DNA of 64,000 nt from an uncultured Gammaproteobacteria bacterium (GTDB taxonomy: Bacteria > Patescibacteriota > Patescibacteriia > Patescibacteriales > UBA12075), in contig CAYWNT010000003.1 in NCBI GenBank assembly GCA_964459725.1, positions 47,592-111,591 of the forward strand, read 5' to 3'. Positions 30,178 to 40,902 of this stretch are shown here, piece after piece. A program made the translations under genes and the position numbers. Under the pieces are notes generated by a model. That model was not told the origin of the DNA, made no database searches, and worked only from the letters and a program-made list of their open reading frames with translations. Position 1 is the first letter of the stretch, and the number at the start of each line of letters is the position of its first letter.

Positions 30178-31005
30178 TTAATTAAACAAATTATTCATAT
30201 TTCCATCATAACCTGATCTCTCCATTACATTATTGTTATAGCCCTGATTATGTTCGAATTTATTCTGGTTTTGAGCCTCATAAACACTCCCACCTCTATC
30301 GCCCGCATTATCACCACCATAATCATTTCTATCGCCACCTTGAGGAGTATCATTATCATTTATGCTTTTTTCCTTTTTTCGGCTAGTCCAAAATCTCAAC
30401 TCCCTATCAGGAAATAAATAGACATACCAAGCACCAACTATCAAACCGGCAATAATAGCCGCTACAAAATTCATTGGAATATTTGGCTTAACTGGATATT
30501 TGGAAGTGGTAGTTCTGTCAACCATCTTTACTATCAGCTTATCTTCTAGACCATGATATTCTTGGTGGTTGTTTTGAAGAGTAAGTGAAACCGCCTTACT
30601 GATTTGACCTGCCTGAACCTTATCCTCGTGATATGTATAAATAGTCAATATACCTGTATCCCCTGTTCGAGCGTTTACAATTCCTTCCCACTGCTTCTTT
30701 CTCTGGCTCGGATCATTTGAAAAATAATCTTTATTAATATTAAATCCAGATCTCAAAACATGATCAAAAAAACTATCAGTATGCACAATGGACGAAAACA
30801 AGCTGGTCAACATCTGATTTGATCTTGAAATATTATACGCGTCCATCTTGGTGTTGTTTTGTATGATTAGTAGCTTGGTAGAGGCTCTATATTTAAGAGG
30901 TTGAAGTAGTGTAACTATCATTACAAATAAAACCACGACAAAACAAACCAAAAAAATGGTCTGTTTTCTTCTTCCTATTAAATTGAAATAATTATCTACT
31001 TCCAT
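30178..31005 (-). CDS. Wzz/YveK-like polysaccharide chain-length determinant
   Basis: N-terminal TM, P.Y.AS, P.KPN..N before the C-terminal TM. Confidence 0.75.
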   Translation of the reverse strand: MEVDNYFNLIGRRKQTIFLVCFVVVLFVMIVTLLQPLKYRASTKLLIIQNNTKMDAYNISRSNQMLTSLFSSIVHTDSFFDHVLRSGFNINKDYFSNDPSQRKKQWEGIVNARTGDTGILTIYTYHEDKVQAGQISKAVSLTLQNNHQEYHGLEDKLIVKMVDRTTTSKYPVKPNIPMNFVAAIIAGLIVGAWYVYLFPDRELRFWTSRKKEKSINDNDTPQGGDRNDYGGDNAGDRGGSVYEAQNQNKFEHNQGYNNNVMERSGYDGNMNNLFN

Positions 31006-31113
31006 ATTGTTAATTACCTACCTTAGCACAATAAATATAACATGTCAAGTCTTATTTTTGCTTAATATAAGGAAAAAACAATAAAGACAAATTATGAATA
31101 ATTTACATAAAAT

Positions 31114-32817
31114 CTATGAATTTTGCCTAGCTCTACCGGATTTTCTAAATCCGCCTCTTTTTTTCCTAAATCCTCTGCCACGTCCACCTCTTTTTCTTCC
31201 GCCACCTTGATAGCTAGTCACTTGGTTGCTCTTGCTGATTTCAATTCTTTTCCCTCTAAAATTGGTGCCCTTAAGACGTTTTATTACTTCATCTGCCTTA
31301 TTTTTATCAACTGAAAATATAGAATACTCTCCTGTCAGACTTATCTTCCCTACATCAATGCCTTTTAATTTACTAGAATTAATCAAGGCAAATACTCCCT
31401 TGACATCCATCCCTTGTTTTTTACCAAGGTTAATTTTTAGCCCTTGCATTTTTTCATCATCCCTTCTTTCGCCACCAGCTCTTGTCTTGACTACAGCATT
31501 CAAGTCACGAGCATTTTTGTAACCGCTCATGAGATGACTAAATTTATTTGAGATAAACAGCTTTATCAAATCTTCTTTTTTTATTTTTTTCAACCTCTCA
31601 ATGAAATCATCAAAGTTCTGCTCATCCCCAATCTTCTCGACATCCATGCCCTCTATCTCTTCGATAAAATTGTTTATTTGTATTTGGCTAACATCTTTCC
31701 CGGTTGGGATTTTTTTAAGCTCAAATTCTTTGCCAATGATTTTTTCCAGTCTCTTGATCGCCACAGCTTCTCTCGGCGTAACAATAGTAATAGCTACTCC
31801 ACTCTTGTCTGCTCTTCCGGTTCTTCCACTTCTATGAGTGTAAGCCTCATTCTGGTCTGGTAGATTATAATTAATAACATGAGTCAGGTCGCTCACATCT
31901 ATTCCTCTGGCCGCCACATCTGTCGCCACCAAGAGGCGGATTTGTTTCCTTTTGAACCTATCCATTATTTTCGTTCTCATAGCTTGAGAAATATCACCGT
32001 GAATTGCATCTGTACTATAGTTAGCTTGCTTTAGCTTATCTGCTACTACTTGAGTCTCATTTTTGGTTCGACAAAAAAGAATACCATAAACCCCAGGCAA
32101 CGAATCTATAATTCTCTGGAGCGCCTCAAAACGGTCCCTTGCTCCAGCTACGTAATATTCATGAGTTACCTTGTCCGCTCCAATATTCTTCTCTCCTGCG
32201 CTTATCTCCTTGATATCATCCATGTATTTCCTGGCAATTGAATAAACACTCTTGGACATTGTAGCTGAGAAAAGCAGAGTCTGCTTTGTCTCTGGAACTT
32301 GCTCTAAAACTGCATCTAGATCCTCCTTAAAGCCCATGTCTAGCATCTCATCAGCCTCGTCCAAAACCAACCACTTAACTGATCCTAGATTCAGAACCTT
32401 TCTTCTGATAAGATCATGGACACGACCGGGGGTTCCTACGACGATATTTACCCCTCTTTTTAATGTTCGGATTTGAAAATCAATTCTTTCTCCACCATAA
32501 ACAGAGGCGACTTTCACGCCTTTTGAATGTTTTGCAAATTTTCTGATGTCATCTGAGATTTGAAGACAGAGTTCTCTAGTCGGACAAACCACAATTGAGA
32601 GCAATTTTTTCTCACCTTTTTTTAATTGATTTAAAATAGGCAAACTAAAAGCTGCCGTCTTTCCTGTGCCGGTTTGTGCCAGAGCAATCAAATCTTGCTT
32701 GGACTTTAATATAAAAGGAATAGATTTTTCCTGAATTGGAGAGGGCTTTTCAAACCCTAAATCCTCAAGGCTTTTCATTATTTCAGAATTTAGCCCGAGT
32801 TCTTTAAATGTTGTCAT
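31114..32817 (-). CDS. DEAD-box RNA helicase with DbpA-type RNA-binding domain
   Basis: Q motif, AQTGTGKT, PTREL, DEAD, SAT, HRSGRTGR, RG-rich tail. Confidence 0.95.
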   Translation of the reverse strand: MTTFKELGLNSEIMKSLEDLGFEKPSPIQEKSIPFILKSKQDLIALAQTGTGKTAAFSLPILNQLKKGEKKLLSIVVCPTRELCLQISDDIRKFAKHSKGVKVASVYGGERIDFQIRTLKRGVNIVVGTPGRVHDLIRRKVLNLGSVKWLVLDEADEMLDMGFKEDLDAVLEQVPETKQTLLFSATMSKSVYSIARKYMDDIKEISAGEKNIGADKVTHEYYVAGARDRFEALQRIIDSLPGVYGILFCRTKNETQVVADKLKQANYSTDAIHGDISQAMRTKIMDRFKRKQIRLLVATDVAARGIDVSDLTHVINYNLPDQNEAYTHRSGRTGRADKSGVAITIVTPREAVAIKRLEKIIGKEFELKKIPTGKDVSQIQINNFIEEIEGMDVEKIGDEQNFDDFIERLKKIKKEDLIKLFISNKFSHLMSGYKNARDLNAVVKTRAGGERRDDEKMQGLKINLGKKQGMDVKGVFALINSSKLKGIDVGKISLTGEYSIFSVDKNKADEVIKRLKGTNFRGKRIEISKSNQVTSYQGGGRKRGGRGRGFRKKRGGFRKSGRARQNS

Positions 32818-33078
32818 AATTTAACGTTATATTTGTTCCCAAACTCTTTAAAGCCATCGAATTAATTCTTTTAAAAAGAATTCACCAAAAATTGGATTAT
32901 AATAATACAACAATTATGACAGCCTCCTTAAGAGTACAAATAAATTTATATTTAATTTTTTGTAAGAATAATAACAATAATCGCATATTTTTTAAAATTT
33001 GTCAAGGATTAAGAAAAAAATAAGTTCAATAAACAAGAATAAACCCGAGACACTTATTGTTCTCGGGTTTATAAAAAA

Positions 33079-35427
33079 CTACGCTTTCATATTTATAATC
33101 GGCAATAAATCTGCTAGCACCCCCTTTAATTCATCCATGCTATACGGCTTTGCCAAGCCTGCATCAAATCCTGCTGGAACATTATCAGAATAACCACTTG
33201 AAACAATAGCTATTAAGTCTGGATTTTTCTGGCGAAGAAACCTCAAAGTCTCTTCACCTCCCATTCCTCCGGGGATAGTAAGGTCCAAGATTATTAAATC
33301 AAATGGGGCTTCTGAATTTTGCGCCATGCAATATTCATCAACAGCCTCATCTCCGTTAACAGTAGCTACAACCTGATGCCCTAAGCTTTCAAGCATTCTC
33401 GGCAGTAGTTCAAAAACTCCTAAATCATCATCCATTATAAGAATTTTCAAACCACTAATATTTTTTTCTTTTCCTTTTATCTCCGTTTTTTTAATGACCG
33501 GGCTCTTAACGGCAGGAAGAAAAATATGAAAAGTTGTCCCCCTTCCTTGCTCAGACTCAACTATAATGTCGCCATCATGATTTTTGACAATACTATATGA
33601 CACTGCGAGTCCCAATCCTTTACCAGCCCCCAACTTATCACTCTTGGTTGTAAAATATGGATCAAATATCCTTTTTAAATACTTTTCAGGAATGCCGATT
33701 CCAGTATCAGCCACCGAAATATGAACAAAGGGATCATTTTCTTTCTCTTCGTTCTTTGCTGTAATTTTAATTAAACCTCCTCCTGGCATAGAATGACTTC
33801 CATTTATCACTAAATTTTGAATTACTTGAGAAATTTGTCCTTGATCCATTACCACACACCACAAATCATCTGGTAGCTCAAATTCACATTTTGACATTGT
33901 GCTCTTACCCAGGGAAAATTCTGCTGATTCTTTAATAACTCTAGAAATAGGAGCAACCATCTTTGGAGACTTTCCGCCCTTTGCAAAAACCATGAGTTGA
34001 TTTGTAAGACCAACAGCTATTTTCCCAGCCTTTATAATATTGTCAAGTAATTGCTCCTGGTCTTCGTATTTTTCCTCTCTTGCCAAAGAAGCAGTCCCCA
34101 TAATAACTTGAAGTAAATTATTGAAATCATGAGCTATTCCACCTGCTAACACACTTAGTGACTCAAGTCTTTGAATTTTATTTTGCTCCTCTTCCACCAT
34201 TTTTATCGCAGTAATATCCTGAACGGTTCCAATAGAAAATATTGGCTCATCATTCTCATAGTGAGTTTCGCAAAACTCTCTAACATATTTTACCCTACCA
34301 CCATTCAACAATATTCGATGAACAATTTCGTATGGTGTTTTATTCCGAAGCGATTCTTCGTATGCATTTTTTACCATGAGAGTATCATCAGGATGCACGA
34401 CATCTAAAAATGATTCGTAAGTTGGAGCAAGGTCACCTTGATCGATCTCAAAAATTCTAAAAATCTCATCTGACCAAGCTAACTCATTTGATCGTAAATC
34501 AAAGCGCCAATTTCCAATATGTGCGAGTCTTTCAGTGTCTTGGAGTTGTTTTTCTTTTGCCTTGAGTATATTTTCATATTTCTTTTGCTCTGTTATGTCT
34601 GAGTGTTCTCCCACTAATCCTATAATTTTACCTTTTTTATTTTTAATTGCTGAAGCTTTCAAGTACACATCAAAAATCTGTCCTTTCTTGTTAATCATTT
34701 TTACTTCGCCATTCCAAGTGCCTCCCTTCATAATAGTATCAACAACATTAAAACTTCCACCATTATCAGAACGATAAATGTGATATCCGTTTACTGGCGC
34801 CATTACACCTGCCCAATATAAATCTGGAGAACCATATCTTTCAGTTTCTGGCATCTCTTCTAAAATTGGAGTAGGAGGTGGGTTATTACTTGGCGGTTCA
34901 GGTGGATAAAACATTGTATTACTTATATCCCAACTCTCATAGTCATCATCGTCCCGCTCAATTTCACCTGTTTCGAGATCGATGTACCTTTGTGCATTCC
35001 ATTTAATTTCAAATTCTTCACCTGCACATTCTGGTTCTACCCTAATCCAGTAAGTAATAAAAACTGTATCACCATCTCTAATTGTGGGAAGATATTCTTC
35101 ATCCTGATAGTTGCAATCACCATAAGTTGTATTTCCATTGCTTTCAAACCAGTCAACACAATCACATGCTTGCTCAAACTTTGTTTCCCAATCAAGATGT
35201 CTCATATCATCATCAGCATTAAAACCAATTAATAATCTCACTCTATGACCTGGAACCATGCCCTCACCGGGATCAAGTTGACCATTGCAATTTCCTACAT
35301 ACTCATCATAACAATCATCAATTTCCCAATCATGGGCAATATCTAACCGTCCATCAGAAAATGCTTGTCCTACAAAACAAAAACTAACCATAACCGCTAC
35401 AACAAAAAGCATAATCCATCTTTTCAT
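33079..35427 (-). CDS. Hybrid sensor histidine kinase/response regulator (PAS-HisKA-HATPase-REC) with an apparently fused secreted N-terminal region
   Basis: GGIAHDFNNLL, N/G/F boxes, REC DD..D..S..K; N-terminal signal peptide and FN3-like fragment. Confidence 0.85.
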   Translation of the reverse strand: MKRWIMLFVVAVMVSFCFVGQAFSDGRLDIAHDWEIDDCYDEYVGNCNGQLDPGEGMVPGHRVRLLIGFNADDDMRHLDWETKFEQACDCVDWFESNGNTTYGDCNYQDEEYLPTIRDGDTVFITYWIRVEPECAGEEFEIKWNAQRYIDLETGEIERDDDDYESWDISNTMFYPPEPPSNNPPPTPILEEMPETERYGSPDLYWAGVMAPVNGYHIYRSDNGGSFNVVDTIMKGGTWNGEVKMINKKGQIFDVYLKASAIKNKKGKIIGLVGEHSDITEQKKYENILKAKEKQLQDTERLAHIGNWRFDLRSNELAWSDEIFRIFEIDQGDLAPTYESFLDVVHPDDTLMVKNAYEESLRNKTPYEIVHRILLNGGRVKYVREFCETHYENDEPIFSIGTVQDITAIKMVEEEQNKIQRLESLSVLAGGIAHDFNNLLQVIMGTASLAREEKYEDQEQLLDNIIKAGKIAVGLTNQLMVFAKGGKSPKMVAPISRVIKESAEFSLGKSTMSKCEFELPDDLWCVVMDQGQISQVIQNLVINGSHSMPGGGLIKITAKNEEKENDPFVHISVADTGIGIPEKYLKRIFDPYFTTKSDKLGAGKGLGLAVSYSIVKNHDGDIIVESEQGRGTTFHIFLPAVKSPVIKKTEIKGKEKNISGLKILIMDDDLGVFELLPRMLESLGHQVVATVNGDEAVDEYCMAQNSEAPFDLIILDLTIPGGMGGEETLRFLRQKNPDLIAIVSSGYSDNVPAGFDAGLAKPYSMDELKGVLADLLPIINMKA

Positions 35428-35570
35428 GACAAATCTCCAGTTTGTTATTTGTATTTTCAAATACAAAGATTTAACACCTAAGAAGATACACCTCGAGAAT
35501 TACTTTTATCATACTTTTTCTCCTTGTCCTAAATTATATCTGTTATTTAATTGTCAAAGTTCGTATATAC

Positions 35571-35753
35571 AAAAAAACCTTCTCGCGTGAGAAGGCCTTT
35601 TTAATCATTTTTACAGAAAAAATTTACTTTTTTTTGAAAAACGACAAAAGGCCTTCCCATGGAAGTCCTGTGGTGACTGTATTTTTCTTTTTACAAATTC
35701 TTAACATATTTCTTAATTTTTTATAACATAGCACTCTTTAGTAAAACTGTCAA
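35571..35753 (-). promoter_or_regulatory. Promoter plus leader-peptide attenuator upstream of the kinase gene
   Basis: TTGACA-17-TATGTT; uORF 35707-35624; antiterminator GGGAAGGCCTTTT complementary to AAAAGGCCTTCTC; terminator CCTTCTC-ACGC-GAGAAGG-T7. Confidence 0.6.
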
Positions 35754-35871
35754 GTATATTTCCTTGACTTTCCATAAAATTCATAGTATAAATAAATATA
35801 CAAACTAAATCTAATTCAAATCTATTTTTCCGCTTTTTAAGAAAGCGGATTTAATTTTTTTCTAAATTTTT

Positions 35872-37662
35872 ATGGAAATAAGAAATATTGCGATTATCGC
35901 TCACGTTGATCACGGAAAAACAACCCTTACTGATGCATTGATGCAGCAAACAGGAATGTCTAAGACGGGAGACAGCATGGATAGCGATACACTCGAACAA
36001 GAAAGAGGTATAACAATTTATTCAAAAAATACTTCTGTATATTACAAAGATACAAAGATAAATATTGTAGACACACCAGGTCATGCCGACTTCGGCTCAG
36101 AAGTTGAGCGTGTTTTGCGTTCTATTGATTCTGTACTCCTGGTGGTAGACGCTCAGGAAGGTCCGATGCCTCAGACAAAATTTGTATTAAAAAAGTCTCT
36201 TGACTTGGGACTAAAACCGATAGTAGTAATTAACAAGATCGACAAACCAGCAGCCAGACCAGACGTTGTACAAGAAATGGTTTATGAACTTTTCCTAGAC
36301 CTGGGAGCAAATGATGAACAGCTTGATTTTGAGACCATTTATGCTATTGCCAGAGACGGTATAGCCAAACTTGAGATGGAAGATGATTCGAAGGACCTAT
36401 CACCTCTTCTCGATGTGGTACTAAGAGACGTCCCAGTTGCTTCAAAGGAGGGAGAAAGCGATAAGCCGCTTAGCGTTCAACCATTCAACCTAGGCTATGA
36501 CAATTTCCTGGGACGCCTAGCTATCAGCAGAATTTATGAAGGCACAATAAAGAAAGGATCAAGTGTTGTCATAAAAAACGCTGAAGGTGATACTAGAACC
36601 GGAAAAATAGCAAAACTTTTCACCTTTGAAGGATTAAACAGAAAAGAGGTAAACGAGGCACACGCTGGAGACATCATAATGACAGCGGGTCTTCCAAATA
36701 TCTACATCGGAGAAACAATCTGTGAAGACGAAAACCAAGAAGCCCTGCCAGCTATCAATATTGACGAACCGACCATTTCTTTGAATTTCCTAGTAAACAG
36801 CTCCCCTTTTGCAGGACGTGAAGGAAAATTTGTGACGAACAGTCAAATCAAGGAAAGACTTGAAAAAGAACTTGAGATCAACGTAGGTTTAAAAATCGAT
36901 TTTTCATCAACTGATCACTACAAAGTTTTCGGTAGAGGTGAAATGCATATCGCGATCCTACTTGAAAATATGCGTCGTGAAGGATATGAGCTTCAAATCT
37001 CTCAACCACATGTTATTATAAAAGAAGAGGACGGCCAAAAACTAGAACCATTTGAAGAAGTAACAATAACAGTACCTGAAGAAATGTCCGGAACTATCAT
37101 TGAAAAACTTTCTAAACGAAAAGGAAACATGACTAATATGTCTCCTGAGCATGGCAACACAAAAATTATTTTTGAAATACCAACCAGGGGCTTACTTGGA
37201 TACAGAAATGAATTTGTAGTAGACACCAAAGGAGAAGGTATTATCTATACCAGGGTGATAGGTTTCAAACCCTACGTTGGCGAAATTGAAAAACATGAAG
37301 TAGGATCAATGACCTCAATGGCCACTGGAAAAGCCCTCGGCTTCTCACTCTTCAACCTTCAAAACAGAGGGACTTTATACATCGGTGCCGGAACAGAAGT
37401 ATATGAAGGAATGGTTATTGGAAATGTAGCAAGTGGAGATGATCTAACCGTAAATCCAACAAAAGGAAAGCAACTAACCAATGTTCGAGCTTCAGGCTCT
37501 GATGAGGCGATCAATCTAACTCCACCCGTAAAACTCACACTTGAAAAAGGCATGAGTATAATGAGTGGAGATGAATATCTAGAAATAACCCCAAATAACA
37601 TTCGCCTTAGAAAACAATTCCTAACAGAAAGTGAAAGAGTCAGGGAAAGCAGAAAAAAATAA
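35872..37662 (+). CDS. typA: Translational GTPase TypA/BipA
   Basis: AHVDHGKTT, DTPGHADF, NKID, GRGEMH, EYLEITP. Confidence 0.97.
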   Translation: MEIRNIAIIAHVDHGKTTLTDALMQQTGMSKTGDSMDSDTLEQERGITIYSKNTSVYYKDTKINIVDTPGHADFGSEVERVLRSIDSVLLVVDAQEGPMPQTKFVLKKSLDLGLKPIVVINKIDKPAARPDVVQEMVYELFLDLGANDEQLDFETIYAIARDGIAKLEMEDDSKDLSPLLDVVLRDVPVASKEGESDKPLSVQPFNLGYDNFLGRLAISRIYEGTIKKGSSVVIKNAEGDTRTGKIAKLFTFEGLNRKEVNEAHAGDIIMTAGLPNIYIGETICEDENQEALPAINIDEPTISLNFLVNSSPFAGREGKFVTNSQIKERLEKELEINVGLKIDFSSTDHYKVFGRGEMHIAILLENMRREGYELQISQPHVIIKEEDGQKLEPFEEVTITVPEEMSGTIIEKLSKRKGNMTNMSPEHGNTKIIFEIPTRGLLGYRNEFVVDTKGEGIIYTRVIGFKPYVGEIEKHEVGSMTSMATGKALGFSLFNLQNRGTLYIGAGTEVYEGMVIGNVASGDDLTVNPTKGKQLTNVRASGSDEAINLTPPVKLTLEKGMSIMSGDEYLEITPNNIRLRKQFLTESERVRESRKK

Positions 37663-37686
37663 CCACTACCCCCCCTCCAAACAGAA

Positions 37687-37740
37687 AAAAACCATGTTGT
37701 AAAAATCCCGCGGCCGCGGGATTTTTACAACATGGTTTTT
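37687..37740. repeat. REP-like perfect palindrome with CGCGGCCGCG core
   Basis: AAAAACCATGTTGTAAAAATCCCGCGGCCGCGGGATTTTTACAACATGGTTTTT between convergent genes. Confidence 0.85.
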
Positions 37741-37750
37741 TGATTGTTTT

Positions 37751-38506
37751 TTAACTTGCTGCTTCCTCGAGCATGTTTAGATCTGTATTTGTGATTCCCA
37801 GTCCGAGCTCTCTCATTATCCTATAGGCCTCATCTCCGTTGGCCAGATAATGAACTGAGCCATCCTTTGGGTGGATATAAAAGGCTTCGCCATTTTCCTC
37901 TACTTGGAGAACTATTCTGCCCTTTAGTCTCTCTACGAGTCCCCAATCACCATTTTTTAGCTTTTCTAAATTGTTATTTGTAATACCAAGCCCGAATCCT
38001 CTCATTATATTGAACGCAGCAGAGCCATCTCTCATGTATGCTCTTTTCTCGCTAACCGGATCGATGTACCAGGCCTCACCATGAGACTCCACCTGCAGTA
38101 GAATGTACCCTCTAGTACGTTCTATCATTCTCTTCCTGTCTTCTTCGTTCACTCCCTTGTTCACTCCATAAGAAAAATGATCTCTTGATAATCTGTTATT
38201 GACTGTACTTTTTGATGTTTCATTCATGAGAGATGATCCTGACCAGCCGATAGCCCCGGTCTTGTCTCTCACCTTAAACCATCCATCAGTTTCTGCGATA
38301 ATTGATACCTCTTCTCCCTTTGGTAATACTTTTAAAATTTCTGAATTTTCCATGCAGGGTCTATTTCTCAAATAAAGACCCATGATTGGGTGTCCAGTAT
38401 TATTTCTCTCATAGATTGCATCAACCTCACACCCGCCCGCATTGGTATCTGAAGTGGGCAAAAGAGAGAAACTTAAAATCAAAAATAATAATGCAATTTT
38501 TTTCAT
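37751..38506 (-). CDS. Secreted SH3b-domain protein with two CPR-type ILLQVE..GEA.Y repeats
   Basis: GLYLR..P...DGWFKV...GW, then two G.I.LQVE..GEA.YI.P repeats. Confidence 0.8.
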   Translation of the reverse strand: MKKIALLFLILSFSLLPTSDTNAGGCEVDAIYERNNTGHPIMGLYLRNRPCMENSEILKVLPKGEEVSIIAETDGWFKVRDKTGAIGWSGSSLMNETSKSTVNNRLSRDHFSYGVNKGVNEEDRKRMIERTRGYILLQVESHGEAWYIDPVSEKRAYMRDGSAAFNIMRGFGLGITNNNLEKLKNGDWGLVERLKGRIVLQVEENGEAFYIHPKDGSVHYLANGDEAYRIMRELGLGITNTDLNMLEEAAS

Positions 38507-38614
38507 ATTTTTAAATTAATTATAATATTATAATACTATAAAAAAATTATTAAATAAAAATTAAAACACAACCTCTAAGCTACGGTTTTAAAAAAATATG
38601 CTACAATTAAACTT

Positions 38615-38887
38615 ATGAATGCTAGAGAATATAAAATATGGACTGTCTTTTGTAAATGCGGAGCCAGGCTGGTCAAATATCGCAAACGCGGACCAGGACG
38701 ACTGCGCAAGATTCATCGTGATCGAATCGCCAAAGACTACACAGGGCTATTCCTAGACAACACTTCAGAAGTAGGCACTGATGTCTTTTGCCCAGCCTGC
38801 AAAAAACGCCTAGCTACTATCCTAAAAGTCAACGGTAAATATGTAAACAAAGTAAACCAAGGACAACTCGGAATAATCAGAAAGTAG
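38615..38887 (+). CDS. Small basic zinc-ribbon protein
   Basis: CKCG..LVKYRK.G.G.L.K...DRI ... CPAC. Confidence 0.7.
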   Translation: MNAREYKIWTVFCKCGARLVKYRKRGPGRLRKIHRDRIAKDYTGLFLDNTSEVGTDVFCPACKKRLATILKVNGKYVNKVNQGQLGIIRK

Positions 38888-39650
38888 ATTTTTTAGACAA
38901 GAAAAATTTCCTATTTTCCAAAAAGAACAAAATTACTTGCCCTAAAATTAAAAATATAAAAATCCTCAAGCTCCAGTCCTTAGCCAAATGCCACAAAGGT
39001 GATCCCTTTTTCAGAATCTCTATATCATCCACAAAAAATACTTCACAAGCTCCACCACTTCTTGAGGTTTGATTTGTATCATCGCGACTCATACTGGTCC
39101 TTCGACTCCAGCCCACGCCCTCCTCCTGATAGTCTACTAGTGCTCCTCTTGCATAGATCTGATCACCGATATTTACTTGCCTAATTATATCTCTCACCTT
39201 TTTACTGTCAGAGAGTAAATGATTGTTTGATAGCTTGTTTCCATAAAACTCTCCGTGAATTGGCCCAAACCAACTATAGTAGCATGTCCACTCCCCGCTC
39301 TTGTAATCCACATCCAGATAAGCATCAGACCTTAAATTGTCTCCCCAGATAACACAGACATCTTTCAGGTTTACTGAATTTTCATCATGATAAAAATTAT
39401 ACCAGGCATTAATATTATTCACACTGACCACCAGCCCCCAGAGCTCATACTCGGCTTGTGGGTAGACATGGTATGTTTTTTCTCGATAATCAAAGCTAAA
39501 ATCATCTCGCTCACTCAGTGTTTGCCTAGGTTCAATAAATAAATCATTTTCGATTTTTTGACGCTCTGGTAAATTCTTAACCCCAAAAACACTCAAAACA
39601 AAAACCACCACTAGAAGAACGAAAATAATTTTTAAGAGTCTTTTTCTCAT
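38877..39650 (-). CDS. Hypothetical protein with N- and C-terminal TM helices
   Basis: D.CVIWG.N, SNNHL, TS.SR.D...GACE conserved-looking motifs. Confidence 0.7.
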   Translation of the reverse strand: MRKRLLKIIFVLLVVVFVLSVFGVKNLPERQKIENDLFIEPRQTLSERDDFSFDYREKTYHVYPQAEYELWGLVVSVNNINAWYNFYHDENSVNLKDVCVIWGDNLRSDAYLDVDYKSGEWTCYYSWFGPIHGEFYGNKLSNNHLLSDSKKVRDIIRQVNIGDQIYARGALVDYQEEGVGWSRRTSMSRDDTNQTSRSGGACEVFFVDDIEILKKGSPLWHLAKDWSLRIFIFLILGQVILFFLENRKFFLSKKSTF

Positions 39651-39667
39651 AAGTTAAATAATGTTTT

Positions 39668-40900
39668 TCACACAACTCCTTCCCCTGCTGCAAAACCTGT
39701 GCTCCAGCATACTTGCAGGTTATACCCGCCAGTTGGGCCATCAATGTCTAGTATCTCTCCGGCAAAATATAAATTATCAATAAGTTTTGACTTCATTGTC
39801 CTGGGATCAACCTCGCTGAGATCAACTCCTCCGGCTGTAACAACTGCCTTACTGTACCCTGTTAGCCCCTTTACGTTCAGAGTGAACTCTTTCAAAAGGT
39901 GCAGCAACCTCTTTCTTTCTTCACGGGTGATAAGATTGACCTTTTTGTCAGAATCAATTTTAGAAAGCTCTATAATAACACCAATAAGTTTTTGTGGAAG
40001 CAGCTTATCCAGAATATTTTTAAACATCTTATTATTTCCCTCTTGAAAATCCTTTTGAATTCTCTTATCTAGAGACACAAAGTCTAGAGCAGGCTTAAAA
40101 TCAATTTTAAGCTGGACATTCCCAGGGAGCTCCCGATTTATTTTCTTACTCATATCCAAAATAATCGGCCCACTCATACCATCCTCAGTAAAAAGCGCCT
40201 CTCCAAATCGAGAGTCTTGTTTCTTGCCATCTTTGAAAACACTAATTTCTACATTTTTCAAACTAAGACCTTCTATTCTCTCTGTAATTTTTTCTTTTAC
40301 CATGATAGGACTAAGAGCTGGAGACGGATTTATAACATTATGACCCAGTTTTTTCAGCCATTCATAGCCGTCACCGGTAGAACCTGTCCCCGGATATGAC
40401 TTACCACCTGTGCAAACTACATATTTACGAGCTTTCACTTCTCTGCCGCCAATTAAAACTATTTTCTCAATTGAGTCACCAACCTTCACTATCTCTTTTA
40501 CAGCAGAGCCTGTCTTTATCTCTACCCCCGATTCCTTCATGTATCCAATCAGCGCGTCAAGAACGTCCTGGGATTTATCACTAACTGGAAATATTCTATT
40601 TCCTCTCTCAACTTTTGTCTCCACTCCTCTGCTCTCAAAAAAATCAACAATAGCTCCAACACCGAATCCATGAAAAGACGAAAAAAGAAACTTTCCGTTC
40701 TCTCCATATCTATTTATCATGTCTTTCAATTCGTCAGTGTTGTTGGTAATATTACATCTCCCCTTCCCGGTTATCAGAAGCTTCACGCCGAGATTGGGAT
40801 TCTTCTCAACCAAAAGAACACGAGCCCCAAGCTCGCCTGCTCTGCCGGCTGCCATTATACCAGCCGGACCTCCTCCAATTACAGCGACATCATATTTCAT
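39668..40900 (-). CDS. HI0933/BaiN-family flavoprotein
   Basis: IGGGPAG, GKGRCNITN, GSTGDGY, TAGGV, GYNLQ; start placed at MKYD. Confidence 0.93.
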   Translation of the reverse strand: MKYDVAVIGGGPAGIMAAGRAGELGARVLLVEKNPNLGVKLLITGKGRCNITNNTDELKDMINRYGENGKFLFSSFHGFGVGAIVDFFESRGVETKVERGNRIFPVSDKSQDVLDALIGYMKESGVEIKTGSAVKEIVKVGDSIEKIVLIGGREVKARKYVVCTGGKSYPGTGSTGDGYEWLKKLGHNVINPSPALSPIMVKEKITERIEGLSLKNVEISVFKDGKKQDSRFGEALFTEDGMSGPIILDMSKKINRELPGNVQLKIDFKPALDFVSLDKRIQKDFQEGNNKMFKNILDKLLPQKLIGVIIELSKIDSDKKVNLITREERKRLLHLLKEFTLNVKGLTGYSKAVVTAGGVDLSEVDPRTMKSKLIDNLYFAGEILDIDGPTGGYNLQVCWSTGFAAGEGVV

Positions 40901-40902
40901 AA

